This document shows positions 16,409 to 24,566 of a stretch of DNA of 64,000 bases, piece after piece. The notes under the pieces were generated by a model. It did not search any database. It was given only the letters and a program-made list of their open reading frames with translations, and was not told the origin of the DNA. Where the stretch lies: positions 960-64,959 of IMG/VR virus record IMGVR_UViG_3300048904_000123, one strand, 5' to 3'. A program made the position numbers and the translations under genes. The first letter of the stretch is position 1. Every line of letters begins with the position of its first letter. This DNA is from a virus.

Positions 16409-16565
16409 CAACAAGGAGTCTGGCGGGTCAGCATCAAAGCAGCGCCGCCAGACACGCATCCCCAAGGGGCTCTGCTCATACAGGCCACGGGCCAAAATTA
16501 TGGCAGTACTGAAACACAGCACCAAGGCGTCCATGAGAGTCCAAGCGAAGCGAAAAGAGTAGGGC

Positions 16566-17546
16566 ATGACATCACCGAACCTCCCGGCGAATGTCGTCGA
16601 CGAGTACGGTAGTGGTCTCGAGGACATCGAGAACGAGGTCGGCGCGGTCCCTCGCATCGGCATCAACCACAGCGGGGGCACCTTCAAGGACAGCCTGTCC
16701 GGCGAGGAGTTCCCCGAGATCTGGGGCGTCGCCCTGGGAATGGTCAAGCAGCGCGTCTTCTGGCCCGCCGTGGTCGAGGACGGGGCGAAGCCCATGTGCA
16801 AGTCCCAGGACGCAACGACCGGCTATCCGAACCCCGCACCCGAGAAGGACGGCGGGTTCCCGTGGTCAGACGCGGCGGGTCTCGACCCGAATACCGCGCC
16901 GCTCGACGAGCACGGACGGAAGCTGATCCAGTGCGAGACGTGCCCGTTTGCCCAGTGGGGCAAGGACACGAAGACCGGGAAGAACACGCCGCCCCTGTGC
17001 AAGGAGCGGCACACCTACCCGATCATCTTCAACCGCGAGGGCATGGCGGGGATGTACAACCCGCCGTACATGGAGTCGGGCATCGTCTCGTTCCAGGGCT
17101 CCGGCATCTCGCCCTCGAAGAAGTACCTCGCCGCGTTCGTGCGCAACAAGCGCCCGCTGTACTCGGCTGTCGTGCGCATCAAGCTGAACACGGCGAAGCG
17201 TGGCAACGTCATCTACTCGGTCCCCGAGTTTGCCAAGGTGGCAGATGTTCCTCAGGACGACTGGGAGCTGTACGGTCGGGAGCTTCAGCCGCTGCGTGAC
17301 TACCTGCGCGCAGCGCCTCGGGCGAACGACGACGGGTCCGACCCGGTCAAGGCCGGACAGGGCCACAGTGCAGCACAGGCCGCGGCCAACGTCGGGGTCT
17401 CGAACGTGTCCACCGAGGAGTCGCCGGTGACGGAGGCTGTTCGACCGACGACGGCACCTGCCGCATCGGGTCCGATGACGCAGCCGGTCCAGGCTTACGA
17501 GCCTCCGGCCGCGCCCGCCGAGGACGACGACGACCTGCCGTTCTGA
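16566..17546 (+). CDS. ssDNA-binding protein-like
   Basis: Acidic/aromatic C-terminal tail EDDDDLPF, low-complexity linker, strong codon bias. Confidence 0.65.
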   Translation: MTSPNLPANVVDEYGSGLEDIENEVGAVPRIGINHSGGTFKDSLSGEEFPEIWGVALGMVKQRVFWPAVVEDGAKPMCKSQDATTGYPNPAPEKDGGFPWSDAAGLDPNTAPLDEHGRKLIQCETCPFAQWGKDTKTGKNTPPLCKERHTYPIIFNREGMAGMYNPPYMESGIVSFQGSGISPSKKYLAAFVRNKRPLYSAVVRIKLNTAKRGNVIYSVPEFAKVADVPQDDWELYGRELQPLRDYLRAAPRANDDGSDPVKAGQGHSAAQAAANVGVSNVSTEESPVTEAVRPTTAPAASGPMTQPVQAYEPPAAPAEDDDDLPF

Positions 17547-17551
17547 TTTAC

Positions 17552-17581
17552 GGTGCGCCCCTGGGTAACTGGGGGCGCACC
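17552..17581 (+). terminator. Stem-loop after the SSB-like gene
   Basis: GGTGCGCCCC ... GGGGCGCACC perfect 10-bp stem. Confidence 0.65.
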
Positions 17582-17598
17582 ACTCTTCGAGGAGTGAG

Positions 17599-18093
17599 AT
17601 GGAAATCTTTGGCTTTGATCCTGCCCAGATGCAGCACCAGCAGGATCTTCATCACATGAACATGGAGTCGAACCGACACGAGGTTCTCAGCTTCATCGAG
17701 AACCTGACCAAGGAGCAGCTCGACACCCTCGGCATGTTGCTTGTCAGCATTGCTGGCGACGAGGGTCAACTGATCGCGGCCCACTACCACGGCATCCTGA
17801 AGCAGGTACTGCACTTCAAGCACGGTCGCTGCATGTGCGGCCTCGACCACGGCGAGCCGGAGGGCGTGACGCTGGGCGAAACGGTCGAGCCCGAAGAGCC
17901 TGTGTTCGACGCGGCCGCAAAAGTCAAGGCCGACATCGACGCGTTCGAGTTGTACCGCGTTCGTGGCGTGTTCGACAACTTCCCGCAGGTCGTGTGCGTA
18001 GACTGCGGTACGACCTACATCAACCTGCGCGACCGGATGCTCCGCGAGCCGGACGACTGCTACGGCTGCAACCTCAAAGCAAAGAACGGATGA
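17599..18093 (+). CDS. Zn-binding hypothetical protein
   Basis: SD GAGGAG; CMCGLDH, CVDCG and CYGC motifs. Confidence 0.7.
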   Translation: MEIFGFDPAQMQHQQDLHHMNMESNRHEVLSFIENLTKEQLDTLGMLLVSIAGDEGQLIAAHYHGILKQVLHFKHGRCMCGLDHGEPEGVTLGETVEPEEPVFDAAAKVKADIDAFELYRVRGVFDNFPQVVCVDCGTTYINLRDRMLREPDDCYGCNLKAKNG

Positions 18094-18320
18094 CCATGCC
18101 GAACAAAGTGAACTTCGTCAACCTGGGCGAGACGCCGTACGAGGACTGGCCGAACCTGCTGACACCCGGCGAGGTGGCCGCCCTGTTCCGGGTCGATCCC
18201 AAGACCGTGACGCGCTGGGCGGCGGCCGGCAAGATCAGCAGCATCCGCACGCTGGGTGAGCACCGTCGGTTCAGCAAGGAGTCCGTCCGCGAAGCTTGGC
18301 TCGGGGACACGAACCAGTGA
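18090..18320 (+). CDS. bldC: BldC-family (MerR-like) developmental regulator homolog
   Basis: LLTPGEVAALFRVDPKTVTRWAAAGKISSIRTLGEHRRF closely matches actinomycete BldC as recalled (LLTPAEVATMFRVDPKTVTRWAKAGKLTSIRTLGGHRRY). Confidence 0.85.
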   Translation: MTMPNKVNFVNLGETPYEDWPNLLTPGEVAALFRVDPKTVTRWAAAGKISSIRTLGEHRRFSKESVREAWLGDTNQ

Positions 18321-18628
18321 GCGCGGACGAGGACGAGATCTTCTATGGCGGCGGGACGGCCGCACCAATCATCGGCCAGGATGGCGTGTCTAAGCAGTAC
18401 GTAGCTAAGAACATCATCCTCTCCGACGAGTTCGAGTTGGCCGTTGCCAAGCCGGGCGAGCTGGACGAGAACCAGGATCGACCTGCGTTTATCCTGACAG
18501 TCAAGGGCGTGGACAACACTACCCGTGCGATGGCTGCGGTCACGCTGGTCTTCGATCCCCGCATGGCCGAGGCGATCATCAAGCTGACCCGACAGAAGTA
18601 CACTGAGATCCCCATCGAACACCGATAG
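18317..18628 (+). CDS. Hypothetical protein
   Basis: GTGA overlap, good codon bias. Confidence 0.65.
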   Translation: MSADEDEIFYGGGTAAPIIGQDGVSKQYVAKNIILSDEFELAVAKPGELDENQDRPAFILTVKGVDNTTRAMAAVTLVFDPRMAEAIIKLTRQKYTEIPIEHR

Positions 18629-18640
18629 AAGGAGGCAGGC

Positions 18641-20125
18641 GTGACGGCGACAACCGAGCGCAAGTCGCTCGAACCCTTCCTCAAGGATGACGTACAGTAC
18701 TACCCGCACCAGGTGCCTGCGATCCGAGACATGGCCCGCATGAACTCGTTCTTGCTGGCGGACGACATGGGTCTCGGCAAGTCACTGCAAGCTCTGACGG
18801 TGTTCTGTATCGACGTGAAGCGCGGGATCGCCGAGACGATGCTGGTGGTTTGCCCAGTAACGCTGCGCGAGAACTGGGTCGATGAGATCGAAAAGTTCAC
18901 TCGCATTCCCTACACGCTTCTTGGCGAGGTCGCCAACCCGAACAAGCGTGGCGAGATGAAGAAGTTGACACCCGCTAAGCGCCAGGCTCAGCTGGTAGAG
19001 TTTACCCAGCAAACTGGACCCCGCATTCTGATCTGCAACTACGAGCAGCTGGTCAACCCTGTCCACTCGGCCACGCTACGGAAGTTCCAGTTCAGCGCCG
19101 CGCTGTACGACGAGGCCCACTACATCAAGAACCACAAGGCCAAGCGTACCGATGCGGCGCTGGCGATTCGGTCGAAGCGCAGCTTCATGCTGACGGGTAC
19201 GCCAATGCTCAACCAGGTCAATGAGTTGTGGACACTACTGCATCGCATTGACCCGCGCGCGTTCCCTAAGTACTGGACGTTCGTCAACCGGTACTGTGTG
19301 TTCGGTGGATTCGAGAATCGTCAAATCATCGGCGTCAAGAACGAGGCCGAACTGAAAAAGATCCTCGGCAAGATCATGATCCGCCGAATGAAGAACGATG
19401 TGCTGGCTCGGGACAAGCCTACGTACATCCAGCACAAGGTCGGCCTGTCCGATACGCAGCGCAAGCTGTATGACCAAATCGAGAACGAACTCTACTTGAC
19501 AGACGGCAACGGAGTAGAGTACGATGTCGAGAATGACCTGACCAAGTTCCTCAGGTTGAAGCAGGTGTGCAACACGCCGTACTCGATCGACCCGTCCCTG
19601 CCGGACGACAGTCTGAAGTTGGACCGGGTCATCGAGGTGTGCGAGGAGATCGCGTCAGCTAACGACAAGTTCGTTTTGTTTACTCAGTTCCGCGGCACCA
19701 TGGCTGCGACGGCTAACCGAATCTATAAGGCCAAGCTCGGACCGCTGCATTTGCTGAATGGTGACGTGCCTACGGGTGAACGTGTCCCAATCGTAAAGCA
19801 GTGGGGCAGCGAACGCGGTGCGTCGATCCTGCTATGCATGACGCAGGTTGCCGGGGTCGGGCTCAACATGGTGAAGGCCAACCAGGGTGGCTTCATCGAT
19901 AAGCTGTTTGTGCCCGGCCTAAACAAGCAGGCAGTGGACCGGATGGATCGCATCGGCCAGGACAAGCCCGTGCTCATCCACGAGTTCATCACCAAGGGTA
20001 CGGTCGAGTCCCGCATCGAGGCGATCCTCAGAAGCAAGGAAATGCTCAACGCAGATATCGTCGAGGGCAGCGTCGGTATGCGCAAGCTTATCGAACTCCT
20101 CAAACAGAACATGCAGGAGGACTGA
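18641..20125 (+). CDS. SNF2-family helicase
   Basis: ADDMGLGKS, LYDEAH, LTGTPM.N, QAVDRMDRIGQ. Confidence 0.9.
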   Translation: MTATTERKSLEPFLKDDVQYYPHQVPAIRDMARMNSFLLADDMGLGKSLQALTVFCIDVKRGIAETMLVVCPVTLRENWVDEIEKFTRIPYTLLGEVANPNKRGEMKKLTPAKRQAQLVEFTQQTGPRILICNYEQLVNPVHSATLRKFQFSAALYDEAHYIKNHKAKRTDAALAIRSKRSFMLTGTPMLNQVNELWTLLHRIDPRAFPKYWTFVNRYCVFGGFENRQIIGVKNEAELKKILGKIMIRRMKNDVLARDKPTYIQHKVGLSDTQRKLYDQIENELYLTDGNGVEYDVENDLTKFLRLKQVCNTPYSIDPSLPDDSLKLDRVIEVCEEIASANDKFVLFTQFRGTMAATANRIYKAKLGPLHLLNGDVPTGERVPIVKQWGSERGASILLCMTQVAGVGLNMVKANQGGFIDKLFVPGLNKQAVDRMDRIGQDKPVLIHEFITKGTVESRIEAILRSKEMLNADIVEGSVGMRKLIELLKQNMQED

Positions 20126-20262
20126 TGATCTGCAAGAAGTGTGGCGAGGGAAAGCACGGGCCGTGCAAGAAGCGGAACGCCAACAAGCAGGGAGCCGACT
20201 GTGATTGCCAGCATCGGGTCCGCAAGATTGTCAGGAAGGAGAAGGTGGGTTATGCTGAATGA
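20125..20262 (+). CDS. 45-aa Cys/His zinc-binding micro-protein
   Basis: MICKKCGEGKHGPC...CDCQH; TGATG coupling. Confidence 0.65.
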   Translation: MICKKCGEGKHGPCKKRNANKQGADCDCQHRVRKIVRKEKVGYAE

Positions 20263-20512
20263 GGCGGGAGTCGCGGCCATACCGGTCGTGACTTCCGGTA
20301 CGCCACCTCCACCGCCCAGCCCTACCAGTGAGCTTACGGTAGAGCAACAGTACCGACCCGTCGAGGTTGCGTCCCTGATGAAGCGCGACGTCAAGACCAT
20401 TCGCATGTGGCTGAGAGATCCGAAGCACCCACTGACTGGCACGCAAGTCGGGGGCCAGTGGTACATCTCGAAGTCGCATCTCGCTAAGTTTCTGAACGGA
20501 GAGTTTGGATGA
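20252..20512 (+). CDS. HTH_17/excisionase-like DNA-binding protein
   Basis: YRPVEVASLMKRDVKTIRMWLR...GGQWYISKSHL. Confidence 0.75.
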   Translation: MLNEAGVAAIPVVTSGTPPPPPSPTSELTVEQQYRPVEVASLMKRDVKTIRMWLRDPKHPLTGTQVGGQWYISKSHLAKFLNGEFG

Positions 20513-21156
20513 GCAGGATCGACAAGTACACGAGCGTGACCATGCACGACAAGGAGCCTTACCTCAGCATTCGATCCGAGATGGCCTGGATCGACATGGA
20601 GACCACGGGCCTGCTCGACAAGGGCGAGGATCAGGTTCCGCTCGAGATCGGCGCGGTCATCACCGACAAGGACGGCTATAAGGTAGCTTCATTCGTTTCG
20701 CTGATCCTGCCATCCAACTGGACCTACTTCATGCAGAAGGCTGACCGTTACGTGCAGAACATGCATGCCAAGAACGGTCTGGCCAGCGACCTGGTTGAGG
20801 CCGATCAGGAAGACTACGATGTTCGAGGCGAGTTGTCATTCAACTCGGTGGACAACAGGCTGCGGGCATTCCTCGAAACGTATGGCGGTGATCCCAAGCA
20901 GTTCCCTATGGCGGGATCGACGATCAACTTCGATCGCGAGTTCATGCGGTTCCTGCCACGCAGTCTCGACTGGTTCCACTACCGTAACCAGGATGTTACG
21001 AGCCTGCGCAACTTCTGCAAGCCGCTGAACCCGGCCGTCTACTCGCGCATTCCGGAGATTCCCGAGGACCGCAAGCAGCACCGACCGCTGGCGGACATCG
21101 ACGACAGCATCGGCCTCTACCAGTTCTTCAAGGACAACTTCCTGTTCACGGCATGA
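20509..21156 (+). CDS. orn: Oligoribonuclease (DEDDh)
   Basis: WIDMETTGL, LEIGAVITD, MHAKNGL, AGSTINFDREF, FHYRNQDVTS, HRPLADI: all Orn motifs present. Confidence 0.85.
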   Translation: MSRIDKYTSVTMHDKEPYLSIRSEMAWIDMETTGLLDKGEDQVPLEIGAVITDKDGYKVASFVSLILPSNWTYFMQKADRYVQNMHAKNGLASDLVEADQEDYDVRGELSFNSVDNRLRAFLETYGGDPKQFPMAGSTINFDREFMRFLPRSLDWFHYRNQDVTSLRNFCKPLNPAVYSRIPEIPEDRKQHRPLADIDDSIGLYQFFKDNFLFTA

Positions 21157-21299
21157 GCCGCGCCTGTCCTGTCGCTGTCCGAATCGTGCGCCGCTCTAAC
21201 AAGTACTACGTCATCGGGCGGCGCACACAGGTTATCTGCGATTCATTCGAAGAAGCCTGGAAAGAATCCATCCCGTACTTCGCTGGGAGAAAGTGGTAG
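21153..21299 (+). CDS. 48-aa hypothetical protein
   Basis: ATGA overlap; fills the gap between orn and the clamp gene. Confidence 0.5.
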   Translation: MSRACPVAVRIVRRSNKYYVIGRRTQVICDSFEEAWKESIPYFAGRKW

Positions 21300-22420
21300 C
21301 AGTGACAACGGTAACCTTCGAGACGGCGACGATCGCTGACGCGGTGCGCAGAGCTGTTCGCATCGCACCCGGCAAGGCCGGGCACGCCTTCGACAAGGCT
21401 GCCGGCCTGATCTTCGAGATCAACCCGGGCGGCCAGGCTGTTTGCATTATCCGTGCAACTAACCTCGACGCATTCCACACCGAGATCATTGCAACTGTGG
21501 ATGCAGACGGCGACGCCCAAACCTGGCGTCTACCCAGTGCACTGTTGGGCAACGTGGTCGGGACGCTGCCTGCCAAGTCCGGGACGCATGTGAAGTTCAC
21601 GCAAGAGGGCAGGAAGATCACGATCCAGCAGGGACGAATGAAGTCGTCGATGCAGCTCATCGACAGCGACGACTACCCGAACTGGGACATGTTCGACGGA
21701 TCTGTTCTGACAATGGTGCAGGGCCTGGGACAGCGGGTCGCCATGGTCGAGTGGGCGGCTGGTAACGGCGAGCCTCCGCTGGCTGGCGTTCATCTCGATG
21801 GCGAGTACGCCTACGCTACGGATCGGTACAGGCTGGCGCGCATTCCCTGCAAGCTGGGCATCGCCCGGCCGATCACGATTCCAGCGGGCATCCTCGGTCA
21901 GTGCCTGAAGACTATGGGCGACACCGGGGTCGGCGTAACTGGAACCCAGCTTCTCCTTGCGCCGGACGACTACACCCAGCTGGCCACAGTGATCTATGCT
22001 GTGGACTACCCGCCGATCGACAAGCTGTTCGATACTAAGTACGAGACGTTCGTCGAGATCAACAAGGCGGACATGCTCGAGAAGCTCAACCGGGCTGGAT
22101 CGTACGCAGGTGCTGAGCGTGATCCGCTGATCCGTACCATCTGGGGCAAGGGCGAGCTTGCCGTGATGATGGAGAATCCGGAGATCGGCCTGTTCGGCGA
22201 CGTGGTCGAGTGTCCGGGCCAGCTCGACCACAAGCGCATCACCCTGAACTTCACCCCGAAGAACCTGATCGACGCGCTCAACAACGCACCTGAGACTCGC
22301 ACGAAGATCTACTATGACTTCACGGAGACTGATCCGAAGATCTCGCGCACGGTCAAGGTAGTCAGCGGCCAGTACGAGTGCATTGTCATGAAGCGTCAGG
22401 AAACAAAGCCTTCCGTTTAA
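21293..22420 (+). CDS. dnaN: DNA polymerase III beta sliding clamp (start may be 21302)
   Basis: ~375 aa, three-domain size; DDYPNW, ATDRYRLA, DYPPIDKLF, LNFTPKNLIDAL. Confidence 0.85.
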   Translation: MVAVTTVTFETATIADAVRRAVRIAPGKAGHAFDKAAGLIFEINPGGQAVCIIRATNLDAFHTEIIATVDADGDAQTWRLPSALLGNVVGTLPAKSGTHVKFTQEGRKITIQQGRMKSSMQLIDSDDYPNWDMFDGSVLTMVQGLGQRVAMVEWAAGNGEPPLAGVHLDGEYAYATDRYRLARIPCKLGIARPITIPAGILGQCLKTMGDTGVGVTGTQLLLAPDDYTQLATVIYAVDYPPIDKLFDTKYETFVEINKADMLEKLNRAGSYAGAERDPLIRTIWGKGELAVMMENPEIGLFGDVVECPGQLDHKRITLNFTPKNLIDALNNAPETRTKIYYDFTETDPKISRTVKVVSGQYECIVMKRQETKPSV

Positions 22421-22428
22421 GGAGAACC

Positions 22429-22794
22429 ATGCGGATCTATCTCGCTGGTCCGATGACCGGCTACGAAGAGTATAACTACCCGCTGTTCAAGAAGGCAACG
22501 GCGCAGCTTCGGGCGGTTGGCATGAACGTTGCTGACCCGACCGAGATCGACTACGGTGAGACCGAAGAGACTCGAGGCGGGAAGCCGTATGCCACCTACA
22601 TGCGAGCCGGGCTGAAGCTTCTCCTCGAGTGCGACGCGATAGCAATGCTGCCGGGCTGGGAGTTGAGTAAGGGTTGCCGTCACGAGTTCTACGTGGCGAC
22701 TGCGCTGGATCACATGATCTTCTTCTACGACCCGAGCACGCAGACCCTGACAACATCCAGCATCCCCCAGGAGTACACAGATGCAGTCGGCTAA
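22429..22794 (+). CDS. DUF4406 / nucleoside 2-deoxyribosyltransferase-like protein
   Basis: MRIYLAGPMTG...LLECDAIAMLPGWELSKGCRHE. Confidence 0.8.
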   Translation: MRIYLAGPMTGYEEYNYPLFKKATAQLRAVGMNVADPTEIDYGETEETRGGKPYATYMRAGLKLLLECDAIAMLPGWELSKGCRHEFYVATALDHMIFFYDPSTQTLTTSSIPQEYTDAVG

Positions 22795-23329
22795 GTTCTT
22801 CGTCGTCGGCCTGAACCCCGAGCCATGGGCGGTCGGCCCGCTCGGCGTCGGCCGCAAGGGCAAGATCTCGTACCCGTACATCGGGCCCAACCAGAAGCTT
22901 CAAGCCTACCAGGAGGCACTGCGCGAGCAGCTGGAAGGCTCGGACCTCCTCGAGGGCGAGGTCGAAATCACGCTGTACATCTGGCGCAAGATCGAGACCA
23001 TGAAGGTGTACGGCGGACGAGACCGTAAGGCCAAGACCTCCGACGCAACCAACATCCAGAAGGCAACCGAGGACGCCATCCAGGGCGTGCTCATCGAGAA
23101 CGACCGTAACGTCCGGCGCATCACAACCGAGATCGTACAGCAGGACGAGAACGCTGAACCCTGCATCGTGATCTCGGTCGCCCCGTACCAGGGCAGCAAC
23201 CCCGGATTCCCCGACGAGGTCTGGCACCAGGTGGATGTGGCTACCAAGCGTGTCGCACCGGCTCCGCTGTTCGTCCTGGAGCCCGACGACTACAAGCAGT
23301 ATCTGCCCAAAGAGGAAGACATCTTCTAA
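22781..23329 (+). CDS. rusA: RusA-like Holliday junction resolvase
   Basis: SDATNIQKATEDAIQG...NDRNV catalytic pattern. Confidence 0.8.
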   Translation: MQSAKFFVVGLNPEPWAVGPLGVGRKGKISYPYIGPNQKLQAYQEALREQLEGSDLLEGEVEITLYIWRKIETMKVYGGRDRKAKTSDATNIQKATEDAIQGVLIENDRNVRRITTEIVQQDENAEPCIVISVAPYQGSNPGFPDEVWHQVDVATKRVAPAPLFVLEPDDYKQYLPKEEDIF

Positions 23330-24036
23330 TGGTTATCAAGCAGGACATCTGGCACGGCGACAGTCGTGAGCTGTGCCAGAAGCTCAAGCCGAACAGCGTG
23401 GCTTGCGTGATCACCGACCCGCCGTTCGGCGTGAACAACCAGTCCAACTCTTCTGTTACCGCCGAGGGTAAACTCAACGCTCGCAAGATCGCGAACGACG
23501 AGACTCCCGATCAGGCCATCGGCGTGTTCAACGAGGTGATGGATGTCCTGCTTCCTAAGACAAAAGAGCAAGCGGACCTGTACATCTTCACCGCGCACCA
23601 GGTACTCAAGGAGTGGCTGAGCGTCGCCGATAGTTTGACTAGACACGGCTACGTCCGATCGGGTATCCTCATCTGGGAGAAGGACGGCCCTGGCATGGGG
23701 AACCTGGACGCATGGGGAATGTCGCACGAGTTCTGCATCTTCCTCAAGAAGGGCGGACGCAAGCGGACCGACGGTCGCCGATCCGGCGTGATCCACGTTC
23801 CGCAAGTGCGACCGGATAAGCTCATCCACCCGCACGAGAAGCCACTCGCTCTGATCGAGATGCTGCTCAAGCACAGTACCAACAAGGGTGACCTCGCGGT
23901 TGACCCGTTCGGCGGCAGTGGGACGCTGGCCCGAGCGTGCAAGAACCTAGATAGGTCAGGCCTGTCCATCGAGTACGACGAGCTGAACTACAAGCGCGCG
24001 TACGAAGCGTTGCACAGCAGTGCATCGCTTTTCTGA
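23329..24036 (+). CDS. N4/N6 DNA methyltransferase (beta class)
   Basis: ITDPPF, HPHEKP, DPFGGSGT in beta order. Confidence 0.9.
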   Translation: MVIKQDIWHGDSRELCQKLKPNSVACVITDPPFGVNNQSNSSVTAEGKLNARKIANDETPDQAIGVFNEVMDVLLPKTKEQADLYIFTAHQVLKEWLSVADSLTRHGYVRSGILIWEKDGPGMGNLDAWGMSHEFCIFLKKGGRKRTDGRRSGVIHVPQVRPDKLIHPHEKPLALIEMLLKHSTNKGDLAVDPFGGSGTLARACKNLDRSGLSIEYDELNYKRAYEALHSSASLF

Positions 24037-24054
24037 ATCACGTTAGGACAAGCC

Positions 24055-24387
24055 ATGCGAATCATGAAGCCGGTCATCTGGCTCCCGCGTGTTGCGGGAA
24101 ACAACTCCGACGAGGGAGTGCGGGACTTTCGTCCGGCCAATAACCTCGACGAGGCGACCATCGTTCCTGCTCCGGTGGAGCCGGTGGTCCTGTCGCAGGA
24201 TGCGGTGGTGGAGGAGGGGGACCCAAAAGCCTCATCTGCTCCGGAATCTGTCGTCAACTCGCAGCCCGTAGTGGTGACGCCGACTTCCCCGTCGGTCGTC
24301 CCGGAGGTGCCTGCAACTGTGGCGAAGGTCAAACTGACCCATCCTTCTACGAACCCTGGGAGCGAGACGCTGCCTGTAGTGGAGTAG
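24055..24387 (+). CDS. Hypothetical P/V/S-rich protein; candidate frameshift partner of WhiB
   Basis: SD AGGA; contains an in-frame C-CCA-AAA at 24222-24228. Confidence 0.55.
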   Translation: MRIMKPVIWLPRVAGNNSDEGVRDFRPANNLDEATIVPAPVEPVVLSQDAVVEEGDPKASSAPESVVNSQPVVVTPTSPSVVPEVPATVAKVKLTHPSTNPGSETLPVVE

Positions 24388-24566
24388 CCCTCATCCAGAC
24401 GCGCGGCGGCAAGAACGATATGTTCTTTCCGCCGCCCGGAAAAGAGGATGAGGCTATCGCAAATTACTGCTTCAACTGCACCGTGCGTGCGCAGTGCAAA
24501 GATAAAGCTGATCGCCTCGGTATCGACATCGGTGTGTGGGGCGGCGAGAGGAGGAAGCCAGACTAA
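24222..24566 (+). CDS. whiB: WhiB-family Fe-S regulator in the -1 frame of ORF 24055, with no start codon before Cys1
   Basis: Hand-translated WERDAACSG...DMFFP...CFNCTVRAQC...GVWGG (core 24357-24566); frame open from TAA 24141 with no ATG/GTG/TTG until 24420. Confidence 0.8.
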   Translation, partial: PKSLICSGICRQLAARSGDADFPVGRPGGACNCGEGQTDPSFYEPWERDAACSGVALIQTRGGKNDMFFPPPGKEDEAIANYCFNCTVRAQCKDKADRLGIDIGVWGGERRKPD

